DNA of 64,000 nt from a virus, in the IMG/VR virus record IMGVR_UViG_3300031656_000001. The stretch is one strand, 5' to 3'. Shown here piece by piece: positions 1 through 8,383 of the stretch. Numbering within the stretch: position 1 is the stretch's first letter; the number at the start of each line of letters is the position of its first letter. A program made the translations under genes and the position numbers. A model generated the notes under the pieces. The model did not search any database and was not told where the DNA came from. It was given only the letters and a program-made list of their open reading frames with translations.

Positions 1-178
1 CTTCAGGAGGTTCAACTCTTTCAACTACCTTTTTTACTTGGGGTTCCATTCTCTTCTTACTAGTATGATCCTTTAACATTTCAGGTCTATTTTCACGAAC
101 CCACTTAATATACCATGGTGCGACTTTGTTAACATGAGATGCTGTCATTCCAGCGTATTTTCCAGTTCTAAATACCAT
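1..178 (-). CDS. hypothetical protein, 3' end runs off the window
   Basis: Manual translation from ATG at 178 gives MVFRTGKYAGMTASHVNKVAPWYIKWVRENRPEMLK..., open to the window edge. Confidence 0.55.
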   Translation of the reverse strand, partial: MVFRTGKYAGMTASHVNKVAPWYIKWVRENRPEMLKDHTSKKRMEPQVKKVVERVEPPE

Positions 179-189
179 ATTATTTTATT

Positions 190-528
190 TTATAATTCCA
201 TCCAATTTGTATCTTCTGGTAAGATTGTCATAGTTCCACCGAGTTCCTTTGCTTTATTAATATAATTCTCTAGAACCGCAGTTGGAAAACTAGTTCCTGT
301 ACCATATGATCCTTTTCGGCATTCATAACAACTACCTGAATATCCATAGAATTTTACTGTAGATTCATCTTCCATGATTCTCTCAATTCCACTGTTCATC
401 TTCCATGCGTCACCGTCTAAATAACCACCGGCCCATGATGCAAATACCTTATGGATCGTTTTTAAAAATGGATCTGTTGCTTTTGGGTTTTCTATTTTAA
501 CTACTACCCATTGTTCTGGTTTTGTCAT
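190..528 (-). CDS. conserved phage hypothetical protein
   Basis: 112-aa ORF; the WVVVKI...WAGGYLDGDAWKMNSGI...GYSGSCYEC pattern resembles a widespread phage family. Confidence 0.7.
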   Translation of the reverse strand: MTKPEQWVVVKIENPKATDPFLKTIHKVFASWAGGYLDGDAWKMNSGIERIMEDESTVKFYGYSGSCYECRKGSYGTGTSFPTAVLENYINKAKELGGTMTILPEDTNWMEL

Positions 529-830
529 GATTTTGTGGTTTTATAAATTAGATCATTTACGTTTTTTATTCCAGCTTTGATCTTTGTACATTTTTCATAT
601 AATTCACAATCAGCATATAATTCCATAATAGCTGTTGTAAACGATTCTCCATGATACATCATTATGGTATCATAATTCGCTGTCAATAAGTTAAGATATA
701 AACTCTTAACCGTCGATTCGTTTATTTCAACAGGCTCATCAATACGATTTCTGATCTCTAACATCATGACTCTTATCATTGATAGGGTATTATCATCCAT
801 CTCATCTAATATATCTTCAAGTGTTATCAT
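525..830 (-). CDS. hypothetical protein
   Basis: ORF with a 4-nt ATGA overlap with the downstream gene. Confidence 0.6.
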   Translation of the reverse strand: MITLEDILDEMDDNTLSMIRVMMLEIRNRIDEPVEINESTVKSLYLNLLTANYDTIMMYHGESFTTAIMELYADCELYEKCTKIKAGIKNVNDLIYKTTKS

Positions 831-834
831 TTGT

Positions 835-1068
835 TTAATTTCTTAAATTTAAAAATTCGTTTACGTGTTTGAACATTAGACCTTGAAATGCTCTATCTTT
901 AGTAGTCCATTCATATCTAAATTCATCAAAGTACATTGTATATTCAATCTCATCACCTTTAATACTCCCGTGATATCCATATCCTGTTTTGACTTCGGTC
1001 TTTGGCTTCCAATCTTTTTTAAGGTTTGTAATTAACTCATTGATCGTTAGTTCTTTAGTATGTTGCAT
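835..1068 (-). CDS. hypothetical protein
   Basis: Tightly packed ORF on the coding strand. Confidence 0.6.
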   Translation of the reverse strand: MQHTKELTINELITNLKKDWKPKTEVKTGYGYHGSIKGDEIEYTMYFDEFRYEWTTKDRAFQGLMFKHVNEFLNLRN

Positions 1069-1069
1069 A

Positions 1070-1243
1070 TTATTTTATTGTAGGTTTTATATTCTTCAAT
1101 AATGATATTATATCTAATGCCAGGTCAAATCCATCTGAGGACATAGATTCTAATTCTAGCACTTGTCCTTTGATATTGTCTATTAATTCAAGCTGGGCTT
1201 GTGTTGCAATTAATTTGTCATTGTCGGTTTTAAAAATCATCAT
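1070..1243 (-). CDS. small hypothetical protein (57 aa)
   Basis: Manual translation MMIFKTDNDKLIATQAQLELIDNIKGQ...; fills the gap and abuts the next start. Confidence 0.5.
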   Translation of the reverse strand: MMIFKTDNDKLIATQAQLELIDNIKGQVLELESMSSDGFDLALDIISLLKNIKPTIK

Positions 1244-1377
1244 AATTATTTGTGTCGTTTATCTATTTTATACCACATTCGTGTTGACCATGAACGATAT
1301 CGGTTATTACTTTCATCTAATTCCCATATATGGCAATCATGCGGTCTTACTAAATATTTTACTAGTTGTTCCATAAT

Positions 1378-2373
1378 TTATAATCTTTTATATTCTGGTT
1401 TAATAAGTCTCCAAATGGTATCTGAATAATCTTTGTTATCCAACATTTTAAATAATACAGCTGAATACTTATTCCATTGTACCGATTCTGCAAATTCCTT
1501 TCTATTAAGATTTTTGTTAATATTGAATCTTGCAATTGTTAGTTCTTCTATCAAACGGTATTCGGATTTTAGTTCGTTAATATACACATCAACCCCCTTA
1601 AAGAACTCATCCGGCACATCTTTCAACATTTCGTAAATATCATCACCCTTACTTAAACATTCCCATACCGATTTTGTAGAGATTTCAGTCATTATTTTAT
1701 GTAACCTAAGATAATCCTCAAATTTGATTTTACATCTATCGCCATTTCCAAACTTAACCACAAATCCTTCTTTATTTTCCCAGTTCAATGTTTTTAAATG
1801 TTCATAGTTTTTAATAGTATGATATTTTTTAACGACATCATATCCATTTTCTCTGAAAGTATCTAATGAATACTCTTCACCAGAAATAGTTCCGATTCTA
1901 CCTAATAGAACCAATCTATCTTCACCAATATAATCTACTACGATTCTATTTGCAGGATAAATGATTTCAAACATATAAGTTGAACCTTTATCAAAATGAG
2001 ATTCTTGAAACTTCTCTTTAAACATTTCAGCACCTTTAATTGCTTGATCAGAAGCGAATGATCCTCTAGATGCAAATACCCATTGTCCATCATAATAGAA
2101 TGCAATACCTAAAGATCCATCCATCTTTTCATAGACATCAAATTCTTTAGTTGGTGTATGTTGTGCTTCTTCAATATTAAAAAACTTTTGAAATGGTCTA
2201 GCAACTATGTTACCTTCATTATCTGTGACCAATCCTCTGCAATGTAAAGTGATACTATCCCATTTTTTCTCAAACTGAGTGGCTTGAGAATAATTCCAAA
2301 TAGTTAATGGAAGTGTTGGATGGGTTTGTTTGATTAACCAACCTTGTTCGTAATATTCTTCTAATAGTACCAT
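1378..2373 (-). CDS. rnlA: T4 Rnl1-family RNA ligase
   Basis: HCRGLV...ARPFQKFFN, motif I EKMDGSLG, ASRGSF, FEII, EGFVV, RCKIK; start moved to the ATG at 2373. Confidence 0.85.
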   Translation of the reverse strand: MVLLEEYYEQGWLIKQTHPTLPLTIWNYSQATQFEKKWDSITLHCRGLVTDNEGNIVARPFQKFFNIEEAQHTPTKEFDVYEKMDGSLGIAFYYDGQWVFASRGSFASDQAIKGAEMFKEKFQESHFDKGSTYMFEIIYPANRIVVDYIGEDRLVLLGRIGTISGEEYSLDTFRENGYDVVKKYHTIKNYEHLKTLNWENKEGFVVKFGNGDRCKIKFEDYLRLHKIMTEISTKSVWECLSKGDDIYEMLKDVPDEFFKGVDVYINELKSEYRLIEELTIARFNINKNLNRKEFAESVQWNKYSAVLFKMLDNKDYSDTIWRLIKPEYKRL

Positions 2374-2590
2374 ATGTATTTTTAAGTATAATGCTAATAT
2401 AAACATTTATATTGACATAAAAAAACTTTTGAGTACTTATTTTCAAAAAACTTTTATAATAAACTAATATTGCCTTCCAACCGGCACCCAAACTCTATGG
2501 TTGGTACTTCTATGATAATGTTTGGTTCTGCTTATCATATTACTCTTTTTCACTATAGCTCTCGCAAGGCAATACTAATTTAAATATTCT

Positions 2591-3187
2591 TTATCTTTGG
2601 TAGTAATCAAATACCTCTTCTAATTGACTTTCGTCTTTAATAACTGAGGTCCACCAGCCACCTCCTGGTTTCTCAACGGTTTCTTCTTGATCTGCCCATT
2701 CTGTTTCAATAACATCTACAAAAAACGTCTTAGGTTTGAAAGGTAATTTAATAAACTGTCTACTTGCAAGTACGCTTCCGTCTTTTAATTTAACAGAATT
2801 ACTTGTGAAAGTGCTGCCATTGTCTCCTCTAAATATAATTGCATCTAAATAATAAGGAGCTCCATTTTTACCGTCTTTAAATATAGATGATAATCTTTTA
2901 TTTTGGTACATTGATGTTTTAGTACCGACATGGTCTGATACTTCACGCCATTCTGAATCAATACATGTGATATCACAAAGAGGTTCTTGTAAACATAATT
3001 TCTTAACAGCATCTGAAATTGCGCGAGCTGTGTATGGCGCAGAACCACCGCTCTGTCCACTTTCACCAAACTTATTTACTAATGCAAGTATCTCTTTTTC
3101 AAAAGGTATAATTAGTGCATCTTCTACTGTCTTTTTCAGAATTTTAAATTCTAATACTGCTTTTTTTACTGTGTTGCTAGTTGCCAT
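2591..3187 (-). CDS. conserved phage hypothetical protein
   Basis: 198-aa ORF with GQSGGSAP and YQNKRLSSIFKD blocks. Confidence 0.7.
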   Translation of the reverse strand: MATSNTVKKAVLEFKILKKTVEDALIIPFEKEILALVNKFGESGQSGGSAPYTARAISDAVKKLCLQEPLCDITCIDSEWREVSDHVGTKTSMYQNKRLSSIFKDGKNGAPYYLDAIIFRGDNGSTFTSNSVKLKDGSVLASRQFIKLPFKPKTFFVDVIETEWADQEETVEKPGGGWWTSVIKDESQLEEVFDYYQR

Positions 3188-3190
3188 GAT

Positions 3191-3364
3191 TTAATTGTTT
3201 AAAGTTAATTGGTTTTCGTTAAATATATGTAATAATCCATATTCGTCCATTTCTGCAACTAATCTAACGTTACCTTCTTTCGTTTTAAATACAGATACTA
3301 TTGTACATGGAAATTTATATCCTTTTTCTTTTGTGGCTTTGTCGCCTATTTTAAATTTACTCAT
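3191..3364 (-). CDS. 57-aa SH3-like protein resembling DfrB/R67 type II DHFR
   Basis: Manual translation MSKFKIGDKATKEKGYKFPCTIVSVFKTKEGNVRLVAEMDEYGLLHIFNENQLTLNN; not in the ORF track. Confidence 0.55.
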   Translation of the reverse strand: MSKFKIGDKATKEKGYKFPCTIVSVFKTKEGNVRLVAEMDEYGLLHIFNENQLTLNN

Positions 3365-3614
3365 TATTGGAGGATATTAATTTTAATTTGTTTGTTCTAT
3401 TTAGTTTTTTGATAATGCTTTCTCGTTTTGATGCGGTTGATCTATCTGACAATGTTTCAGAATATACTAAAGTTACTGGTCGTCTTGATCTGGTATACTT
3501 TGCGCCTTTATTAGATTCGTTATGTTCTATTACTCTACGAATTTTGTCGACTGTGATTCCTGTATATAAAGAACCATCTGAACATTTAACTATATAGACG
3601 TACCAATCTTTCAA
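3357..3614 (-). CDS. stand-alone GIY-YIG nuclease (YhbQ/UPF0213-like)
   Basis: WYVYIVKCSDGSLYTGIT...RRVIEHN...GAKYTRSRRPV...KRE. Confidence 0.85.
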   Translation of the reverse strand: MKDWYVYIVKCSDGSLYTGITVDKIRRVIEHNESNKGAKYTRSRRPVTLVYSETLSDRSTASKRESIIKKLNRTNKLKLISSNNE

Positions 3615-3976
3615 TGTGATTCGTGAAATAAAGAATTCGCCGAAATCATAGATTCTTTGGTTGCTATTTGTAATGAATCTATTTGTGGATTTAGATCTTC
3701 AACATCTTCAAACTTTTCGATTGCAGTTTTTATAGCGCCTCGTCTGGTTTTAGCCCATACTGTATTCCAACCACCTTCTTTAAAAGAGAACAAATATTCT
3801 TTGTACAGGAACACATTTGGAGTCCTCTGGAGCTGCACTAAACCTGACTGATTAATCTTATTAAGAATATTAACGATTGTGTTGTATTGCTCCCCACGAC
3901 CTACCAGCTCTTCAGAATATGAACTTAGTGCATCTTTGATTACCTGTTCTTCGGCTGGGTTTAAATTTATTTGCAT
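3611..3976 (-). CDS. hypothetical protein
   Basis: 121-aa ORF overlapping the next start. Confidence 0.6.
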   Translation of the reverse strand: MQINLNPAEEQVIKDALSSYSEELVGRGEQYNTIVNILNKINQSGLVQLQRTPNVFLYKEYLFSFKEGGWNTVWAKTRRGAIKTAIEKFEDVEDLNPQIDSLQIATKESMISANSLFHESH

Positions 3977-3994
3977 AGAGTAACTTGTTTAATA

Positions 3995-4510
3995 TTAAAA
4001 ATCAGAAAATATACCTATTAGTTTTTCGAGTTCTTGTGGAACATTTCCCCATAAGTCAGTGGAAACATTAATAATTCTTGTCTTTGGATTTGATTTGTGC
4101 TTTTTGTCAGGATATCCTATAATAGACCATGATTTACTAGACTTTTTGGGCCAAGCAGCCATAGGCCAATATGAAAATGCACAATTGATATCACTGATGA
4201 AATTTACACGATTAATAATTGAACATCTAGGCGATAACATTTTCTTTTCGTCTAGTAATGCAATTGCTGAATCGAAATCACCTTCTATGAATTTGATATT
4301 ACCATTTAATCTTGTAATGCAATCTTGTGTAGTTTTTGGATCATGTGCAAAATTACCAAGATGATATACTGTATCTTCTTGTTTTACAACTGTATTCCAT
4401 TTTAAAATAAGATCATCTGTCATTTCATCGACATTTGTATATGGTCTTTTATATTTTTTAATGGCAGATGGTCTTCCCAATTGCATGTTAGATGTTACAA
4501 ATATTTTCAT
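3995..4510 (-). CDS. calcineurin-like metallophosphoesterase fold with degenerate catalytic residues
   Basis: Scaffold IFVTS..., EMTDDLILKWNTVVKQEDTVYHLG, RLNGNIKFIEG, INVSTD is typical of phage MPEs; the metal ligands are replaced. Confidence 0.7.
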   Translation of the reverse strand: MKIFVTSNMQLGRPSAIKKYKRPYTNVDEMTDDLILKWNTVVKQEDTVYHLGNFAHDPKTTQDCITRLNGNIKFIEGDFDSAIALLDEKKMLSPRCSIINRVNFISDINCAFSYWPMAAWPKKSSKSWSIIGYPDKKHKSNPKTRIINVSTDLWGNVPQELEKLIGIFSDF

Positions 4511-4513
4511 ATA

Positions 4514-5050
4514 TTATGCTACTATAAATTTAATGTTATATTGATCCCATAACAGAGAAACGAATTCAGTTTCATTTACTCCACCTTGAGCGTTTTTAAT
4601 TCTACTATCATCTGAATTGTCTACGAAAAGATATAGAACAAAATCATAATGTGTAGAGTATATCATAGATTGACCAACACCAGATCTAAGATCGCTGCCT
4701 GATTGTCCTCTTTTGAATTCAATGGCAACCTTAAGTCCATTCATTTCTACAATCATATCAGGTCGGTTTTGTGTACCCATAAATAAAATATGATGTACTG
4801 TTGTATTTACATTACCTTCCCATTTCAGATTCTTTTTAACGTACTCTTTGGCGATCTGTTTTTCTTTGCCATCGTTTTCTACTACATACTGTGTCAATGA
4901 TTCGACAAGATGAGGGTAGATAAATTGCTTTATCTGATCCTCATTCTTGCGTTTATAATCAATTGTACCAAATATGTCATTGTGTGTTATTGACTCTGAT
5001 ATGAGATCAAGAAACTCAATACGTTTTTGGCTCTTATTTGCTCGATTCAT
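4514..5050 (-). CDS. PD-(D/E)xK restriction-endonuclease-like protein
   Basis: RPDMIVE...VAIEFK followed by GQSMIY (QxxxY) motif. Confidence 0.65.
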   Translation of the reverse strand: MNRANKSQKRIEFLDLISESITHNDIFGTIDYKRKNEDQIKQFIYPHLVESLTQYVVENDGKEKQIAKEYVKKNLKWEGNVNTTVHHILFMGTQNRPDMIVEMNGLKVAIEFKRGQSGSDLRSGVGQSMIYSTHYDFVLYLFVDNSDDSRIKNAQGGVNETEFVSLLWDQYNIKFIVA

Positions 5051-5546
5051 TTGTTTCTGTTTCTAACTCAGGTGATACTGTCTCAACTTTCGTCATAGCA
5101 TCTAACTTAGCATCAACTTCTGATAATTCAGTATGTAATTCATTAAGCTTAGTATTCATTGTGCTTAATTCTTGCATTGCTATACCTACTGATTCACCAA
5201 CTTGTGTTAACATTGTGATAAATCTACGTGCGCTCTCAATTCCTGTTCCTTCAACATTAAGTAATGCTTGATAAAGCGCATTCAATTCATGTCCTCTTAA
5301 AGAAACGATTGCATCTTCATCAGATGTTACCATTCTAGCTTGTGATTTGAATTGATCATATAATGATACAACTACTGCAGCATTTTGTGTTTTCCAAGTA
5401 TATCCTTTGTTAAGGTGTTCTTGTAAAGTTTTAATAGATTTTACATTATCAAATTTAATGTCGAATCTTTTTTCTGAAGCTTCAGTTTGCATAGCATCTA
5501 TTTCTACTGCTAATTCTGATTGGCGTTTTGTTAATTTTGTACTCAT
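5034..5546 (-). CDS. coiled-coil hypothetical protein
   Basis: 170-aa ORF with heptad-rich termini. Confidence 0.65.
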   Translation of the reverse strand: MSTKLTKRQSELAVEIDAMQTEASEKRFDIKFDNVKSIKTLQEHLNKGYTWKTQNAAVVVSLYDQFKSQARMVTSDEDAIVSLRGHELNALYQALLNVEGTGIESARRFITMLTQVGESVGIAMQELSTMNTKLNELHTELSEVDAKLDAMTKVETVSPELETETNESSK

Positions 5547-5570
5547 AGTTAATTTATTTGTTATTGTTTA

Positions 5571-5580
5571 TTATTTATCT
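5571..5580 (-). promoter_or_regulatory. late-promoter variant AGATAAATAA
   Basis: One mismatch from the recurrent AGATATATAA, about 25 nt upstream of the 5546 start. Confidence 0.45.
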
Positions 5581-5583
5581 TTG

Positions 5584-6057
5584 TTAAAAATCTCCGTTTT
5601 TTATTCTAATGTCGAAGTCTTCGAAATCTTTAAATTGTGCTTCGTCAGTTTGCATTCGTCTTTGTATCGTATCGTTTACATCAGCTCTGTAGTTTAGTCT
5701 TTCAATTCTAGTCATTCTATCTACATCTAAATAGATAACTGCACATTGAGCTCTGTATTCTTCAGGTAACATATCTAAACCATCTTTACTCATGATCATT
5801 ACGTCAGCTTCATTGAAATCGGTTTCAGTTTGACCATAAAACCAACCATTGAATTCCATATACTCAATAAAATCATTTGCTTCTATTTTTGCTTTAAATT
5901 GTTCTTTAGTTACAAAATGATAATCGGTACCATCTACTTCGTTAGGCCTTGCCTTTCTACTAGTATGACTTACGCCGACCGTAAATCCTTTCTTTTCTAA
6001 TTTCTGCTTTAAATAATCTTTTCCAGATGCTGCTTTTCCTACTAGTATTAATTTCAT
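5584..6057 (-). CDS. gmk: guanylate kinase-like (d)NMP kinase
   Basis: P-loop GKAASGKD; VSHTSRKARPNEVDGTDYHFV; WFYG. Confidence 0.85.
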   Translation of the reverse strand: MKLILVGKAASGKDYLKQKLEKKGFTVGVSHTSRKARPNEVDGTDYHFVTKEQFKAKIEANDFIEYMEFNGWFYGQTETDFNEADVMIMSKDGLDMLPEEYRAQCAVIYLDVDRMTRIERLNYRADVNDTIQRRMQTDEAQFKDFEDFDIRIKNGDF

Positions 6058-6091
6058 ATTGTTTATATGGTCTAGTTTATAATTGTTTAAG

Positions 6092-6424
6092 TTAAAATAT
6101 AAAATGTAAGATTTTATATAGTATTGTTTCGCTTTTTGTTTTCTTATATCCCCATAATTCAGATTCGTTCATGTTCTCCATCCATGTTCTACTAGGTTTT
6201 CCTAAGAATAATATGTCAAAATTATCTACAGTAAATCTCTTAACGTTTGTTCCGTTTGGTAATCTACATTCAAATGCTAATAAGCAACTAACAATATAAT
6301 TCTTTCTAATTTGTAGAAGATTAAATCCCCAGCACCCATCGCCATCGTGCAAATAAATGTCTAATAGATTTATTTGTAAATTCCATTTTCTTGTTTTCCA
6401 AGATACTTTTTGTAGTAATCCCAT
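6092..6424 (-). CDS. hypothetical protein
   Basis: Packed ORF. Confidence 0.6.
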   Translation of the reverse strand: MGLLQKVSWKTRKWNLQINLLDIYLHDGDGCWGFNLLQIRKNYIVSCLLAFECRLPNGTNVKRFTVDNFDILFLGKPSRTWMENMNESELWGYKKTKSETILYKILHFIF

Positions 6425-6633
6425 TATTGTTCTAGTTTATAAAGGTCTTTTAGTAAAGATGAATATGTTCTTTCGCATGATTCAAAATGAAACACATCAA
6501 CAAATGATGACATGTTATTGTATACTGACCATAAGTATTGTCCAAACCTCAAATCAGTTGAATTTCTTCCGTCACCATTTTCAGATGACCAATTTAAATA
6601 TTCTTCGTTTAATATAGTGTACGTTAGTTGCAT
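6424..6633 (-). CDS. hypothetical protein
   Basis: Packed ORF with an LRFGQ motif seen in small phage proteins. Confidence 0.6.
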   Translation of the reverse strand: MQLTYTILNEEYLNWSSENGDGRNSTDLRFGQYLWSVYNNMSSFVDVFHFESCERTYSSLLKDLYKLEQ

Positions 6634-6639
6634 ATAGTC

Positions 6640-6861
6640 TTATACAAAGAACCAACTAAAAGTTTCTTTAATTATACTAATTGATACTTCATGATATATG
6701 AACCATTTGATCCAAACAAATGGCCAAAATATAAAGTCCATTATTGACCAGAAAATACTTCCATGTATGTGATGTCCTATTACTGCGGTTGGTAGTGCAA
6801 ATAAAATAGTTGGTAGTGAAAAGTTAAAATTCCACTTTGTGTTTTTAGTTTTTATCTTCAT
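6640..6861 (-). CDS. small membrane protein
   Basis: Two hydrophobic/aromatic segments. Confidence 0.6.
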   Translation of the reverse strand: MKIKTKNTKWNFNFSLPTILFALPTAVIGHHIHGSIFWSIMDFIFWPFVWIKWFIYHEVSISIIKETFSWFFV

Positions 6862-6970
6862 GTTTTTTACAATTACAAATTCCTAATTCATCCCAATCTC
6901 CGCAACATTCCGGTTTGGGTATTTTTTTATCTGGTGATGACTGATTCCACATTTCATCCCAAAAGATCAT
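6845..6970 (-). CDS. 41-aa Cys-rich microprotein
   Basis: Manual translation MIFWDEMWNQSSPDKKIPKPECCGDWDELGICNCKKHEDKN. Confidence 0.45.
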   Translation of the reverse strand: MIFWDEMWNQSSPDKKIPKPECCGDWDELGICNCKKHEDKN

Positions 6971-6971
6971 A

Positions 6972-7184
6972 TCATCCGCCATTTTCTACGATATATGTAG
7001 TTTCTACTTCTGGATCTTCTATTACATGAACTATACGTGGTCTTGGTGCTCCATTAGCTTCTAAGATCTTACATGCTCTATTATATACAGTCTTTGGTAT
7101 ACAACCATTGATACCAGAACCTATGTCACCTGGTACATCTAAAATGCTTTCAATATACTTGTAAATAAAATCGTTTTCTTTCAT
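6972..7184 (-). CDS. hypothetical protein
   Basis: ORF; start moved to the ATG at 7184, just after the upstream stop. Confidence 0.55.
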   Translation of the reverse strand: MKENDFIYKYIESILDVPGDIGSGINGCIPKTVYNRACKILEANGAPRPRIVHVIEDPEVETTYIVENGG

Positions 7185-7185
7185 A

Positions 7186-7332
7186 TTACTCATCTTCAAA
7201 TTCGTTAAGATCATCTAGTCTATTAATTTTAAAATAGATATCGTCTAATCGTTGCTTCTTCTTTTTTAGATGAAGTTTACGTTTACGATCTCCTGGATCA
7301 TAATCTTCACGTGAATCTTTACTCTTTTTCAT
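7186..7332 (-). CDS. 48-aa charged microprotein
   Basis: Manual translation MKKSKDSREDYDPGDRKRKLHLKKKKQRLDDIYFKINRLDDLNEFEDE fills the gap. Confidence 0.45.
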   Translation of the reverse strand: MKKSKDSREDYDPGDRKRKLHLKKKKQRLDDIYFKINRLDDLNEFEDE

Positions 7333-7651
7333 TAATTGGATAATTATACGGTGGTACACTACCATCAGTTGTCGTTTGACACCATATGTTTGGTGGATTT
7401 CCTGTTCCTGGCGGAAATGGAATATAAGGCATGTTTGGTGGTGGATATGAGAAATCTGGCATTGTGATTATTGGAACTATTACATTCTCATTAAGTAATA
7501 ATACAGCTTCATTTGTATTTATATTACCGTCTTCATGTAGTTCTGTAATTCTATCGATACATCTCTCTTTCTTATTAAGAATGATATCAGCCCATTTAAT
7601 TGTTATGTGACCTTGATCTAATAGCCTTTCTATGATTGATTCTCTGTTCAT
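7319..7651 (-). CDS. hypothetical protein with Pro-rich C-terminus
   Basis: ORF preceded by a promoter-like motif. Confidence 0.6.
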   Translation of the reverse strand: MNRESIIERLLDQGHITIKWADIILNKKERCIDRITELHEDGNINTNEAVLLLNENVIVPIITMPDFSYPPPNMPYIPFPPGTGNPPNIWCQTTTDGSVPPYNYPINEKE

Positions 7652-7668
7652 GATTTGTTAATTTAGTT

Positions 7669-7697
7669 ATTATACAAACTTGGTTTCACTTTGTTTC
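7669..7697 (-). promoter_or_regulatory. class II promoter GAAACA-N17-TATAAT
   Basis: Recurrent motif upstream of the 7651 start. Confidence 0.55.
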
Positions 7698-7727
7698 AAA
7701 AAAAAGCACCGTATTTATTAGGTGCTT
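7698..7727 (-). terminator. intrinsic terminator
   Basis: AAGCACC-loop-GGTGCTT followed by a T tract on the - strand. Confidence 0.7.
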
Positions 7728-7751
7728 AATTCTTCTTTTTCAGGGATGTCT

Positions 7752-8075
7752 TTATTTCTTCTTTTTAGATTTACATAAATTAATTTGTTCTTCTACATTT
7801 TCAAAGTGCATTGTTATCTGATCTACTGCTTCACTTAATAGATCTCGTTGCTTATCATCAATATCATCTACTCTGTCAATTTCTTGATCAATTCTAATAT
7901 CAAGAGCATGAGTACGATCTAATAATTCGATATGTACGTCTTCGAAATCTAATTTGAATAGATCAAGTTCGTTAGTTAATGCTTTAATTTTCATAATTGA
8001 TCTAATTACATATACTACGGCATATGTTACTAATACTACTAATGATCCTAATGCGAATGCTGCTAATTGTTCCAT
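7752..8075 (-). CDS. membrane-anchored coiled-coil protein
   Basis: N-terminal TM segment followed by heptads. Confidence 0.6.
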   Translation of the reverse strand: MEQLAAFALGSLVVLVTYAVVYVIRSIMKIKALTNELDLFKLDFEDVHIELLDRTHALDIRIDQEIDRVDDIDDKQRDLLSEAVDQITMHFENVEEQINLCKSKKKK

Positions 8076-8076
8076 G

Positions 8077-8334
8077 TTATATTGTTTTTGGTTCTGTTAC
8101 TAATTCTAAAATATCGTCATTTACTTTATCAAACTCGTATTTACCTTTGATAAATTCGTTAAGGGCTTTACCCTGAGAATCAGCTGAATTGAATTTTTCA
8201 AAATCAACGGCTTCTACTTCTTTATAAAGATATGAAGCATGGTTGAAATGAACCATTAAAGTTTTGTGTTTGTAGCTGTATGATGCTGACGTAAGAGTAG
8301 AGCTATCATATTGAGATGTAGTTGATGTTATCAT
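8077..8334 (-). CDS. KTSC domain protein
   Basis: SSTLTSASY...LMVHF...YLYKEV...F...ADSQGKALNEFIKGKY. Confidence 0.8.
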   Translation of the reverse strand: MITSTTSQYDSSTLTSASYSYKHKTLMVHFNHASYLYKEVEAVDFEKFNSADSQGKALNEFIKGKYEFDKVNDDILELVTEPKTI

Positions 8335-8351
8335 ATGTTGTGTATTTAAAC

Positions 8352-8379
8352 ATTATACAATAACATCTTATTTTGTTTC
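8352..8379 (-). promoter_or_regulatory. class II promoter GAAACA-N16-TATAAT
   Basis: Recurrent motif upstream of the KTSC gene. Confidence 0.6.
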
Positions 8380-8383
8380 AAGT

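Noticed and set aside
3357-3614. GIY-YIG as a mobile homing endonuclease
   Set aside because: Only 85 aa with no DNA-binding extension; matches the stand-alone YhbQ type
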